A stretch of 64,000 nt of DNA from Candidatus Obscuribacterales bacterium (GCA_965228855.1 CBDDIJ010000002.1:640001-704000), one strand, 5' to 3'. Numbered from the stretch's first letter, positions 41,236-51,486 are shown. A program made the numbers and translations. Notes: a model not told the origin generated them from the letters alone.

Positions 41236-41550
41236 TTAGTCCTTCTTCTTTTTCTTCTTCTGATTCTTGGCGAGCAGGCGCTCGATCGGCTCACCGCGCT
41301 CGGCGACGTTGCGCACGAGTTCCGCAGCGTCCTCGGGAGTGACACCGCCGTACTGAACGCCGCCGGGAGTGACGATCACGCTCGGTCCGGTGCTGCACAG
41401 CCCCATGCACTTCTCGCCTTCGAGCTTGATCTCGCCTTTGAGGTCCTGCGCTTTCAGCTCGCGCTTAATCGCCTTGTAGACCTCCTCGCCGCCACGCTTG
41501 CAACAGTGCTTGCCGCGTTCGCAGACATGAATCTTGGGTTTCTTTGCCAT
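41236..41550 (-). CDS. Thioredoxin-like [2Fe-2S] ferredoxin
   Basis: IHVC...CCKRGG...CMGLCSTGP..YGGVTPED. Confidence 0.9.
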   Translation of the reverse strand: MAKKPKIHVCERGKHCCKRGGEEVYKAIKRELKAQDLKGEIKLEGEKCMGLCSTGPSVIVTPGGVQYGGVTPEDAAELVRNVAERGEPIERLLAKNQKKKKKKD

Positions 41551-41725
41551 CGGGCTATCCCCTTCAGGTTCGTTGCTCAATTTAATCCTCTTCCAAAAAA
41601 ACATATAGCTCAGGTCGAAAGACCTGACCGGAAAGGAGTGTGACGCAATGATTTGCGCCAACGGTGGGATGAAACCGTCGAGAAGAGAGCGCGAGCAATG
41701 CCCGCGCTCCCTTCAATGACGACTG

Positions 41726-43201
41726 TTACTTCGCGGCTTCCGAACTCTTGCCGGCCACGTCGCCTGGGGCGACCGGAGTGTTCTCGGCGGCAGGTGCGGC
41801 GGAAGTGTTTTCAACCGGTGCGGAACCGGAAACAGCATCGCTGGCCGAAGGCGCTGCGCCAGGAGCAACGACGCCTTCCGAAGCCTTCGGATCGGCGGCG
41901 GGAACCGCCTTGATCTCGAGCTCCGTGAGCATCGTGTCCACACCGCCCGTGGTGGCGGGGGTGCCACCGGCAGCCTTCGCCTCCTTCTTGGCGCGCGCCT
42001 TGGAGCACGCACCACCGCAGCCGCCGGCTTTCTGCGCCAGCGCGCAGCCACCGGTGACGGGCAGCGAGCCGGGAGCCGGACCGCCGGGGTTGCCGTGCAC
42101 CGACACTTCCTTCATCGCCCAGCGGCGCGCGAACATCGGGTTGGCACCACGCACAGGCGACGGGATCACCGAGACTTCCTTGCCGCGAGCGGTCGGGAAG
42201 ACGTGGCGATCGATGTCGTGCCCGTCACGCAGGAAGGCGTCGTACATGCGGCGACAGGCGACCAGGTAGCGGTCGACACCGATCATGGCCTGGCCGGGCA
42301 GCACCTCGGGAGTGCACGACTCCAGCACCACGCGGTCCTCCTCGAGGATGGTGTTGCCGAGGTTGCGCAGGCGGTCGTCGGCGGTTTCCGTCTTCTCGAA
42401 GTTGCGCACGCCCATCATGCCGAAAACGACGGTGTCGTCGTCGATCGGCGTGAAGTGGAAGAGCGTGACGTCCTTGTAGGGACCGACCGAGAACGAGTTG
42501 ACCACGACGGTCGGCATGTGGAACCGCAGATACGAGTCGATGTCCGGGTTCGGGCCGAGCTCGGGCGTCGGCGGGAAGACCGGGATGCTCTCGTTGAACT
42601 TGACCTTGACGCGGCACCAGACCTCGTACTTACTGCGCTCCACCTTGTAGTCGTCACGGAACGGGTGATCGGCGTTGCCGAACGAGTTGCCGTGCAAGTA
42701 CGAGAAGTGCGTGAAGTCGATCAGGTTCTCGAGCAGCGGTCGCAGCGAGCATTCCCACTCGTACTTGGTGTAGAGCGGGTGGAAGTTCGGGTCGTTGAAC
42801 TCCGGGATGTCGACGATCGGCGGACGCTTGTCCTCCGGTTCGTCACCCAGGTAGACCCAGAGCAGACCGTACTTCTCCACGACCGGATACGAGTCCACCA
42901 GCAGCGCCGGTGAGATCTTGCTCTGGTCGGTGAACGCCGGCACGACCGCGCAATCACCGTCGCCACCGTAGGCGAAGTGGTGATACGGGCAGACGAGATT
43001 GCCGTCGACGACCTTGCCCAGCGACAGCTTGGCGCCCATGTGTGCGCACATATCGTGAAGGGCGCGAACATTGCCATCCTTGTCCAGGAACAGCGCGATG
43101 TCCATGCCCAGAAGCTTCTTCCGGACGGGTTGCGTCTCCACGGTGACTTCCGAGGGCTCGCCGACCACGTACCAGAAACCTTTCAGCCATTCTCTCTTCA
43201 T
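41726..43201 (-). CDS. Rieske oxygenase alpha subunit, paralog 2, with Cys/Ala/Pro-rich tail
   Basis: CAH...CPYH; ENLIDFTHFSYLH; tail GGCALAQKAGGCGGACSK. Confidence 0.92.
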   Translation of the reverse strand: MKREWLKGFWYVVGEPSEVTVETQPVRKKLLGMDIALFLDKDGNVRALHDMCAHMGAKLSLGKVVDGNLVCPYHHFAYGGDGDCAVVPAFTDQSKISPALLVDSYPVVEKYGLLWVYLGDEPEDKRPPIVDIPEFNDPNFHPLYTKYEWECSLRPLLENLIDFTHFSYLHGNSFGNADHPFRDDYKVERSKYEVWCRVKVKFNESIPVFPPTPELGPNPDIDSYLRFHMPTVVVNSFSVGPYKDVTLFHFTPIDDDTVVFGMMGVRNFEKTETADDRLRNLGNTILEEDRVVLESCTPEVLPGQAMIGVDRYLVACRRMYDAFLRDGHDIDRHVFPTARGKEVSVIPSPVRGANPMFARRWAMKEVSVHGNPGGPAPGSLPVTGGCALAQKAGGCGGACSKARAKKEAKAAGGTPATTGGVDTMLTELEIKAVPAADPKASEGVVAPGAAPSASDAVSGSAPVENTSAAPAAENTPVAPGDVAGKSSEAAK

Positions 43202-43220
43202 TTGAATGTCTCCTTGTCCA

Positions 43221-44429
43221 TCAGGACTTGATACTGTCTGCCGCGCCATCATTGGCGGTGGCAGTCGCAGGCTCGGAAGCGTCCGCTTCCTGCTGCTGAG
43301 AAGATGTAGGAATGTTGGCTGCTAGAGCCGTTTCGACAGCGGGCGCTTCGCCCGTTGTCACAATAAGCGAGTCCAGCGCATCCGCTTGTGACGCGCAAGA
43401 CGTTTCGTTCTCACCGGCATCCGTGCCGGTGGTGGCGGCAGCTGGGGAAGACCCGGCAGCCGTGGGGGAAAGCACCGGAGCTTGACGAGCCGCAACAGCA
43501 GCTTCGTAGCTGAACTCCGGGTCCAGGTCCGCATCGAGTGCGATACCATGGAAGTCGTTGAACCAGTCACGACAGACCTTACCGTGCGCATCGCGCAGAC
43601 GGTTGAGGTAAGCCGGCCAGTCGCGCTTGCGCGAGCATAGTGCCTCGAGCACGGCTTGGAATGGCGCTTGCTGTTCCTTCCGGAACTCTTCCAGCGCCCC
43701 CTCCCTCCCCTGCTCAAACCGCTTCAAATGCCGCGAGAGTGGAACCGACCCGAGATAGCGCCCTTCGGCAACCGACTCCCTGATGAATTCCTCGTCCTCC
43801 TCGCCCTCGACCTTGTTGCCGACGACGTAGGTTTTTTCCGCAAGCTCCGGCGAGACGCCGATAAAATCACGGTAAACGCTGACCGACTTGGCCGTCGGCT
43901 CGACGACAAACACATTCATGTCGTAAGCGAACCACAGCGAAGTCGCCAGATTGTCGGTACCGGCGGTGGTATCAGCGACCACGAAGTCGGTTTCGCCGTC
44001 CAGCATGTGATGCAGGATAGCGGCGAGACCGAACAGCTTGGTGTGGTAGCACGAACCACCCATGTCGGCTTGTTTGTACTGACCGACGGTCAGCAGCGCG
44101 AGCGAACCGTCGACCAGCGCATAGCGCCGGAGCAACTCGTCCGCGGGACTGACGGCGATGAAGTTCGAATCGAGCGAGGGCGGAGTCGTAGCCAACATCG
44201 GGCGTTCCCCGAGGTCGGTGCGCTCGCCGCGCAGATATTCGATCACCTCATCGAAGTGACCTTCGAGATGCACCGGGTCTCCCGACAAGCCCAACGCGGT
44301 TTTGAAATGCGCGTTGACGTCGGCATCGAGTGCAAGAACAAACGGGAATCGATCGGCGAGGTACCGGGCAAAGCCAGCGGCAGTCGTCGTTTTACCCGAA
44401 CCACCTTTGCCAAGGAATGCGATTCTCAT
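43221..44429 (-). CDS. CooC-like (MinD/ParA superfamily) ATPase
   Basis: MRIAFLGKGGSGKTT, LDADVN, SCYH, ADTTAG, VVEPT, VGNKV. Confidence 0.85.
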   Translation of the reverse strand: MRIAFLGKGGSGKTTTAAGFARYLADRFPFVLALDADVNAHFKTALGLSGDPVHLEGHFDEVIEYLRGERTDLGERPMLATTPPSLDSNFIAVSPADELLRRYALVDGSLALLTVGQYKQADMGGSCYHTKLFGLAAILHHMLDGETDFVVADTTAGTDNLATSLWFAYDMNVFVVEPTAKSVSVYRDFIGVSPELAEKTYVVGNKVEGEEDEEFIRESVAEGRYLGSVPLSRHLKRFEQGREGALEEFRKEQQAPFQAVLEALCSRKRDWPAYLNRLRDAHGKVCRDWFNDFHGIALDADLDPEFSYEAAVAARQAPVLSPTAAGSSPAAATTGTDAGENETSCASQADALDSLIVTTGEAPAVETALAANIPTSSQQQEADASEPATATANDGAADSIKS

Positions 44430-44442
44430 TGGCAGTCCTCCA

Positions 44443-44760
44443 TTATGTTCTAGTGTTCATTCCGGAACGCGAGCCCGGAAAGGGAATGACTGTTGGAGCA
44501 TCGAGCTCCAATTCACGAGAGGATGAAACTCCTTGTCGCGACGCACTCGGAACCAGTCCAAGAGCGCGCTGCAGTTGTTTAACTTGTCGGGGTGACATGG
44601 TCACCGAGGACTGCGTGAACCAACCGATTCCCGAAGCCCAACTCTGTTGTTTCAAACAGACGCGACTGCCGGACGCATCATGGAGCAAAACCAGCTCGAT
44701 GCGTTCGGTCTGCGAGTCGTCTGACAGCTCTGCCAGTACGACCTCCTTCTGACCGTTCAA
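44443..44760 (-). CDS. Hypothetical protein
   Basis: TTG start with ggag RBS; QQSWASGIGWFTQS; ends 13 bp before the ATPase gene. Confidence 0.65.
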   Translation of the reverse strand: MNGQKEVVLAELSDDSQTERIELVLLHDASGSRVCLKQQSWASGIGWFTQSSVTMSPRQVKQLQRALGLVPSASRQGVSSSRELELDAPTVIPFPGSRSGMNTRT

Positions 44761-45062
44761 AGCAATTCTCCGAATGGAAAAGAAGCGGAACGATTCTCAA
44801 AACCCGCCATCAGCTAAGCGCTAACGCGTTGTCTTCTTAATTAGTTATTTGTCTGTAAAAGAAGTTCTGTGTGGTTTAGCCAGGTTTGGGAAAAGAAACA
44901 TTAGACTCAAAGACAATAATCATTCGCAATAGACTTATTCAAAGAAATGACTATGAATGTGAACCAAGGCGCCAAAATCGCTTGTCTACCCCGAAACGGC
45001 ATACATGTCTGGCTTTCGCCCATTTTTGGGGCAGCGAAACTCGTTGCGCTATCGCAAGTTTT

Positions 45063-45077
45063 TGCAAATCATTCTCA
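45063..45077. promoter_or_regulatory. Fur/Zur-like 7-1-7 box
   Basis: TGCAAATCATTCTCA; related CAATAATCATTCGCA at 44914. Confidence 0.6.
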
Positions 45078-45118
45078 ACAAAACAGCTTCGCCAGGCTCG
45101 CGGGTTTGAAAAAGGTTT

Positions 45119-46447
45119 TCATTCCATCGCCCCAGCGTTGAACCGATTCACTAACGGAACAGCCATCGCGCAAACTAGCGAAACGCTGGCTGACAGACAC
45201 ATCAGCGGCGCAATGCTGTTCGCGAACACATGGGTGTAGAGAAATCCGCCCGTAAGTTGACCAAGCTGTCCGAATCCATTATAGGTGGCGATCAGGATAG
45301 AAAATGCGGTCGCCTCGATCTTGGACGGGCAAACCGTCGAAGCTGCTCCGTACAGCGCCAATATCGAAACAGTCGATGCGATTCCCCAGCAGAAGTGAAT
45401 AACCGACGCTCCAAACACGTTACCGTTCAACAACAGGTAGCCGAGACTGGCGGCAGAACTCACAAGAGCAGTTGTGACCAACTGCCTCTTAATGCTGAAA
45501 TGACGCTCAAACAACATCTTGAATAGCAGACCTCCGCAAAGCATGCCGAACGACGTGCATGCATTCAGTTGGCCGACGGTCAACTGATCGAACTTTAAAA
45601 CGTTTGATTCGTAGAAATATAGCGGCACTCCGCATATTGGGCTGAGGTTGAAAATACAGATATAGGCAAGGACAGCGAGGAAACGGGGGGACTTCAAACA
45701 AGCCAAGAACGCGCCTTTGATCGAAGCAAATTGAAAACCGACGTGATCGGCTCGCCTTTCCCGCACCACATATAACACCACATACAAAAACAGCAACGGC
45801 ATTAACCCGGCTAATACAGCGGCATAATTGATAGCATCGTGGTCACCGAACTTACTGCAGAGATAACCCCCCAGAGCCACGCACGCGATGTTCGCACTGT
45901 AATACGACAGGGATTGTGTACTCCACAGATTCCTGAGAGTTCCGTCGCGCAGACAGGCTTCCACCGTGAGAGCGTTTAGCACGACGTTTGCAAACGCCAT
46001 GCCGATACTACCCAGCACCAGAGCCGCCATCATCGCGTTAAGATGATCGAGGAGCGGAACGCAGAGCATAGCGAGCCCTGCCAGAGCACTGGCCAAGAGC
46101 AAATAGGAACGCCTGCGATAACCTGCAATTGGAAAAAAGTCCGTGAGAACTGCATATATCGGTTTGATAATCCATGGCACCATGAGCAGTGACATACATC
46201 CGGCTACGCTGGCGGCTGTAAGCCCCTCATGCTGCATCAGATAGTACTGAAGCGGCTGACTCAAAATGCCAAAATGTTGAGAAGCACCCTGAACGACATA
46301 TGCGGCGACGAAGAAGGCAATCGGCGTAAGCATCGCCTTCCGATCCTCGGATACGACCACCCCATCGGCGGCCAGGTTTGTCATGCCTGCAGCGGTCGAA
46401 TCGTCCTGCGAAGACGAGTAATCGGCGTTGTTCTCAACAGAATTCAT
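45119..46447 (-). CDS. MFS transporter, BT1 folate-biopterin family
   Basis: PWIIKPIYAVLTDFFPIAGYRRRSYL; CPSKIEATAFS. Confidence 0.85.
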   Translation of the reverse strand: MNSVENNADYSSSQDDSTAAGMTNLAADGVVVSEDRKAMLTPIAFFVAAYVVQGASQHFGILSQPLQYYLMQHEGLTAASVAGCMSLLMVPWIIKPIYAVLTDFFPIAGYRRRSYLLLASALAGLAMLCVPLLDHLNAMMAALVLGSIGMAFANVVLNALTVEACLRDGTLRNLWSTQSLSYYSANIACVALGGYLCSKFGDHDAINYAAVLAGLMPLLFLYVVLYVVRERRADHVGFQFASIKGAFLACLKSPRFLAVLAYICIFNLSPICGVPLYFYESNVLKFDQLTVGQLNACTSFGMLCGGLLFKMLFERHFSIKRQLVTTALVSSAASLGYLLLNGNVFGASVIHFCWGIASTVSILALYGAASTVCPSKIEATAFSILIATYNGFGQLGQLTGGFLYTHVFANSIAPLMCLSASVSLVCAMAVPLVNRFNAGAME

Positions 46448-46552
46448 AAACCCGGGTATCCACTCTGGTTCTTCACCAGATATGCTAACAAACCATTCAA
46501 ATTTAAACGGTTCCAGTCGCAATGACATGACACGCTAATAACGTCATTACAA

Positions 46553-46593
46553 AGCGAAAAGCGACCTGCTTCGATCGCGGGTCGCTTTTCGTT
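46553..46593. terminator. Bidirectional terminator-like hairpin
   Basis: gcgaaaagcgacctgc...gcgggtcgcttttcgt. Confidence 0.65.
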
Positions 46594-46633
46594 TCGTACT
46601 TCAAAACTCAGGTCTACACGACCTTCACTGAGA

Positions 46634-46957
46634 CTACTTGCTCAGATTTACTTTACCGTGGTCATCGCAGTGACCATCATGGTGATGATGAAGGTGACCA
46701 TCAACGAGATAGCAGGTGTGATCGCCGTGCGGAACGGCTTCGTGTCCGCAGTCCTTACCGTGAACATGGCCTGCTTCGTGGCCTTTGCAGGAGTGGTCGC
46801 CGCAGCCGAGCTGGTGCTCGTCCACGTGATCGCCGTGCTGATGATGGAGATGACCATCGTGGAGATAGTCCGTGTGATCTCCGTGCTGAACAGCAGTATG
46901 CCCGCAGGTTGCCGAATGCTTATGCTCGTGATCGCCATGTGTCTTGCAGTTGCTCAT
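46634..46957 (-). CDS. His/Cys-rich small metal-binding protein
   Basis: Two HxHxxxCGHxAVxHGDHxxYLxDGHLHHxH repeats. Confidence 0.85.
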   Translation of the reverse strand: MSNCKTHGDHEHKHSATCGHTAVQHGDHTDYLHDGHLHHQHGDHVDEHQLGCGDHSCKGHEAGHVHGKDCGHEAVPHGDHTCYLVDGHLHHHHDGHCDDHGKVNLSK

Positions 46958-47330
46958 TTCTTACTCCGTTTGCGAATTCTGAGATACTAATTTGATAATC
47001 AAAACCGTTTTCGATTTCAGGCTCGCCGCCTGCGTCGCGCCAAACGCGCAACAACTCCCTTTATAATGCACCAATTCGCAACGCGTCAATCGCGCGCCAC
47101 CACCCACGAGACTAAGGAAAAATGAAGATCATCCAAAGACCGGCTCGATATGCCCACTTCAGACGAACATAAAATTGCTCGTAAATTTATATTGGACATC
47201 GAAAACCGTTTTCATTCCCTCAAAACCGGCTACCCATGCCACAAACGGTGCCGTTTTACAGAACGATAATCGTTGTCGTTTTCATCAAACTCACCGACTT
47301 CATCCGGTTGCTTTCAGGACCTGAAATAGA

Positions 47331-48035
47331 TCAAACGACCCGTCGAGCAAAGAAACTGACATCGACGCAAGACCATGTGACCAAACGACCGCCGTACTCA
47401 AGATCTTCTTTGTACGGAACGAGTGAAAGCCTGTCGACAAGCCAGCCCTCGTAGTGCTTTTGGAGCATTTCGGTAACCTGCTCTTTCGTCATCGGAGTTT
47501 CCACTCTAGTGTCAATCACTTCGCCGGTATCGCATGCGGTGACATGACGGTCGGTTGAAATCGTCAAGCGATTAGCGCCAAAGACTTTAGTACCACGCAC
47601 GATCTGTTCCAGGAGCCGGTTTACACCCTGCAAGGAACTGCTGTGCTCGAGAACAGAAACAGATAATATCGCATCATAACTATCTGGCTCTATCTCAATC
47701 GCATCCATGTCGATGCATCGACCGAAGATACTTCCCTGCACGTCAAACTGTTCCGCATAGCCGTGAAGAAGCTCAATAGCTGATTCTAGAACGTCATAAC
47801 AATCTACATGAACGCCATTCAGCTTCAATTCTCTCGCTATCGGGATCGCATTTCGACCGACACCACATCCGATATCAAGCACTTTCGAATTCGAGCGCCC
47901 GGAAAGAAACGAGACTAAGCGATTAACCTCTTCATCCGGCTTTTGGAGCCAACCTTCTTCAAACAGCTTATGAGAAGAATAGTAGCTCTCGTGATACCGA
48001 ATGGTTTCTTCTCGAGCCACTTGATTGAGTTCCAT
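47331..48035 (-). CDS. Class I SAM-dependent methyltransferase (TehB-like)
   Basis: VLDIGCGVGRNAIP; AILSVSVLEH. Confidence 0.88.
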   Translation of the reverse strand: MELNQVAREETIRYHESYYSSHKLFEEGWLQKPDEEVNRLVSFLSGRSNSKVLDIGCGVGRNAIPIARELKLNGVHVDCYDVLESAIELLHGYAEQFDVQGSIFGRCIDMDAIEIEPDSYDAILSVSVLEHSSSLQGVNRLLEQIVRGTKVFGANRLTISTDRHVTACDTGEVIDTRVETPMTKEQVTEMLQKHYEGWLVDRLSLVPYKEDLEYGGRLVTWSCVDVSFFARRVV

Positions 48036-49512
48036 GATTCTCCGTCCTTGTGAAGCGATCCTGTTTTACCACTTCGAACCAGGGCATAGGAACTGCATCG
48101 GTGAAGTGATACGAAGCGCGAGCAGGCAAGACGAGATCGCTGGATAGCGCAAGTTCCGAATACAACGATGGCGGAACCCGCATCAAAACGCCACTCTGGT
48201 CGTATGATCCTTTTTCAACCGTTCCCATCGCATATTCCGGCAACATGACGACTGGCAGCTTCCGAATCGCACGAGTGCGTCTCATCATCGGCTTCAACGT
48301 GTACGAAAGCTGATGACGAATATTGCTATCGGCAAGAAATGCTGCGAGCTGTTTCAAACTCTCATAGAGCGAAACTTGACCCAATGCTTCACGGTGACCG
48401 GAAACATAATCCCTTACGGCAAGCTGGAATTCGTCGTTATCGAGCGACCATTCCGTATGAATTGCGTGCTTCAAAATGTTCCAGATCCAACTGGACGTCA
48501 CTCGGTGATTTCCATCCGCAACGCTGTCAAATTCATTGACGACGACCGGAGCAAAGCCACGCGCCGGAAGGTTCAACAACTCTTGAATCAAGCGCTCGGG
48601 AACGCACAGTTCCGTTGCGCGAATTTGACTGAGCGGCATAAAACCGACATCTAGCCAGGTGTTCGAATACCAACCGGAAGCCACGGGCATGATGCGCGAA
48701 ACATAAGTCTCATATCCGGCAAATGATTCCAGCTCAAACAAAAACGGCAGCAAATTTCGCTCATTCAATCTCGGTCTAGCCTGCTCGATCAGCCGGCTGA
48801 CAACAGCGATCGCAAACTTCGAATAAACAGGCGCAGGAGTATCGGTCCAGACTGCGTGAATCAGTTTCAAACACGCGGGCGCAGAATCTTTGGCATTGAT
48901 TGCGTTGAAAGCGAGAGAATAGAGCTGTTTCAAATATTCCTGTTTCGCGACACTAAGCTCTCTATCGGTTCTACAATCGACGGCTCCGTGATCGTAATCC
49001 GCGGTGATGAACTGTAGCTTCGGTTTCTCAATGTTCGCCCAGGGCCAAAAGGGCGTCTCATCGACGGCGGTCTTCATCAATCCAATGCTTCCAAGACCAT
49101 CCGAAGGCGAGCCTTTCGAGTAGTCAAACAGTTGCAGAAACTGTTCGAAAGCAAGCGAACCGCGATAACGAAATTTTTCATCAGTAGCGCGCGAAAGGAC
49201 CGTATTCCCCGGGAAAAGCGACAGGATGCGGGGCAAACCACCATCACACTCGAGAGCTGCCGAGACGCGGCGCGAGTAGAAGTGGTCCCAGATGCGAACA
49301 AGATAGCGCGGCACATCAGACGCGCCGACCGACGCATCAAGCCAATTGTAACCGTCAAGGCTACTCAGATCGTCGTGAGTTTCACCGACTAACGGCAACG
49401 ATTTTTGCTTGCTGTAAGCTGACAAATCCGGATCGCGAAACACATTGGTCGTACCGCGACCAACAGCCTGAAAGCCGTATGTTCCGAGAAGTGATGCCGT
49501 TGATGTGACCAT
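47968..49512 (-). CDS. Hypothetical protein with ParB/Srx-like motif
   Basis: Long ORF; APVVVNEFDSVADGNHRV. Confidence 0.65.
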   Translation of the reverse strand: MVTSTASLLGTYGFQAVGRGTTNVFRDPDLSAYSKQKSLPLVGETHDDLSSLDGYNWLDASVGASDVPRYLVRIWDHFYSRRVSAALECDGGLPRILSLFPGNTVLSRATDEKFRYRGSLAFEQFLQLFDYSKGSPSDGLGSIGLMKTAVDETPFWPWANIEKPKLQFITADYDHGAVDCRTDRELSVAKQEYLKQLYSLAFNAINAKDSAPACLKLIHAVWTDTPAPVYSKFAIAVVSRLIEQARPRLNERNLLPFLFELESFAGYETYVSRIMPVASGWYSNTWLDVGFMPLSQIRATELCVPERLIQELLNLPARGFAPVVVNEFDSVADGNHRVTSSWIWNILKHAIHTEWSLDNDEFQLAVRDYVSGHREALGQVSLYESLKQLAAFLADSNIRHQLSYTLKPMMRRTRAIRKLPVVMLPEYAMGTVEKGSYDQSGVLMRVPPSLYSELALSSDLVLPARASYHFTDAVPMPWFEVVKQDRFTRTENHGTQSSGSRRNHSVSRELLFFS

Positions 49513-49677
49513 TTGTTAGACCCACCGAGAAGTGAACCAGGTGAAGTTCCCAGACCGAGAAAAACATCAATTTCATTTTGGGTGAAACCTTGGAAATTGT
49601 ACAGAGAACTAGTTTTTAGGTTTGTTATAATGCTCGTTTGTGATACCAAATGTAAAACTACTCGGTCGAGATTTTTC

Positions 49678-50091
49678 ATGGAAACCGCACGAAAAACCCG
49701 AGCACAAAGAGCTGTTTTGACGGCACTGAAAGAGCTCCAAAACGCTACTCCTATGGAGCTTTTCGACCGTATCAATGCTCTGGGAAACTCCAGGCACATT
49801 GGTCTCACGAGCGTTTATCGCGCACTCAACTCGCTCGTAGAAAGTGGCGAATTAAGGCGAGAAAGACTTAATGATACAACCGCGAGATATGGCTTCAACG
49901 ACAGCGCAAAGACGCACAGCCACCACCTTGTATGCGTCAAGTGCAATGAAACCAAACCGCTCGATCAGTGTCCTTTTGACGAAAAAGCGATCACGCTGCA
50001 AGAAAAGTTCACACCCCTGTATCACAATTTCCAAATCTTCGGAATCTGCTTCAAATGCGACGAAAGTCCAGTCACCGCACCAGCCAATTAG
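49678..50091 (+). CDS. Fur family transcriptional regulator
   Basis: TRAQRAVL, GLTSVYRAL, HSHHLVCVKC, GICFKC. Confidence 0.93.
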   Translation: METARKTRAQRAVLTALKELQNATPMELFDRINALGNSRHIGLTSVYRALNSLVESGELRRERLNDTTARYGFNDSAKTHSHHLVCVKCNETKPLDQCPFDEKAITLQEKFTPLYHNFQIFGICFKCDESPVTAPAN

Positions 50092-50122
50092 GTGAAACGA
50101 TTACTGAACTGAAACGAGCGGC

Positions 50123-50159
50123 AAAAAGAAAACGACCTCCCGCCGGAGCGGAAGGTCGT
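50123..50159 (-). terminator. Terminator at the end of the PLP operon
   Basis: A run followed by acgacctcccgc...gcggaaggtcgt. Confidence 0.65.
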
Positions 50160-50208
50160 GAATTGAACGTACGTTGAAAGCCTTTTGGCGCCAGCGCTTA
50201 CGCGCCGA

Positions 50209-51486
50209 CTAGCAAGAGCTGTTTAGCTCTGAGCGAATTAGAGAAACGATCTTCCCGGTCAAATTTGCCGGATATCCATAGACCTTTATGACGCTGTTCG
50301 TCTCGCCTGGGAGCGGATTCTTCGCCGCCGCTTCAGGACAGACCCATTGCAAAACCAGCAAATCGTGAAAGCGATGTGTTGCGCCGTCGCCTTCGTGTTC
50401 ATACTGATACAACGGCAGAATACTGTGGAAAACAAAGCCTTCCTTGCGCAAGAAGTTCGCGATTTCAATCGCCGATGGATGATTGGCTTTGATCGTCGCA
50501 CGGATAAAGCGCTTGCCGGGCGCATTTTTCACTTCGTTGATTTTCTCTTTCACGGTTTTCGCATTCGCATGAATATCGAACCCGGAGCCGAAGTCGATGT
50601 AAGTGTGGGCGTAATCAGGCTTGAAGTCCACCTCGAAGTGATCGCTGCGGTCCGCGTTTTCACTCTTCTCATTCACCCGATAATCGAGATGCTCGGCGTA
50701 CTGGGCAAGAATTTCTCTGCCCAACGACTCATACTCATCCGGTACATAAACAAATCGCGGCTTGACCAGCGCGGTCGCCAATTGTTGTTCCGACTCGCTC
50801 GCCTTACCGACAACCTGTCGCGACTCCCGAATCAAGGTTTCGGTCAACTGCGAGTCCGACAATTTGTCCAGGTTACCAATTCGCCCTCTGAGATTCGGCA
50901 ACTCTTTGGCGAAACGACCATGTAACTGGCCGGCCCAAACAACCGACTCCGGTCGATCTACAAAAAACACATTCGGATAATGACTGTAACCGAATCCGAG
51001 GAAACGGTTGTATCCATGCTTGATGTGAGCTGTTTGAGACGCGAGATTGTGAGTCACCATCTCCGTAATGTTCGAAAAGAAAAAGCAATCGTTGATCACT
51101 CGCTTGGCGCCTTCAACGAGAATGCTTCCAATTCCCAAACCGCGGTATGCGCGATCAACCGCCATGCAGTTAAACTCGCAAGCTAGCTCGTGCAGCGAAT
51201 CCGCGATTATGCCTCCAACAATTTCGCCATCAAGCTCAGCGATAAACAAACGGCGATAAGGACTCTCGACTGTCTCCAAAACGCCTGCAGCACTATAAAG
51301 CGACGGATCAGGATATGGCTCGTGACCTTCCGCAGCAATTCCGTTTTTCCCTAGCGCCGCTTCGAACATCGCGGCGACTTTGCGCGCCTTCGCTTCATCA
51401 ACCAGCTCCCCGGTCAGTTCATAAACCTTACAACGCTGTGCAGCATCGGCTTTTGTAAGTTTGGAAATAGTTTTAGTCGCGGTCAT
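50209..51486 (-). CDS. GNAT family acetyltransferase (probably tandem GNAT)
   Basis: MAVDRAYRGLGIGS; second GNAT-like half FLRKEGFVF; 4-bp overlap with the upstream gene. Confidence 0.8.
   Translation of the reverse strand: MTATKTISKLTKADAAQRCKVYELTGELVDEAKARKVAAMFEAALGKNGIAAEGHEPYPDPSLYSAAGVLETVESPYRRLFIAELDGEIVGGIIADSLHELACEFNCMAVDRAYRGLGIGSILVEGAKRVINDCFFFSNITEMVTHNLASQTAHIKHGYNRFLGFGYSHYPNVFFVDRPESVVWAGQLHGRFAKELPNLRGRIGNLDKLSDSQLTETLIRESRQVVGKASESEQQLATALVKPRFVYVPDEYESLGREILAQYAEHLDYRVNEKSENADRSDHFEVDFKPDYAHTYIDFGSGFDIHANAKTVKEKINEVKNAPGKRFIRATIKANHPSAIEIANFLRKEGFVFHSILPLYQYEHEGDGATHRFHDLLVLQWVCPEAAAKNPLPGETNSVIKVYGYPANLTGKIVSLIRSELNSSC

Noticed and set aside
43221..44429. CO dehydrogenase locus
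   Set aside because: No cooS/acs genes, and the CxC nickel motif is absent.
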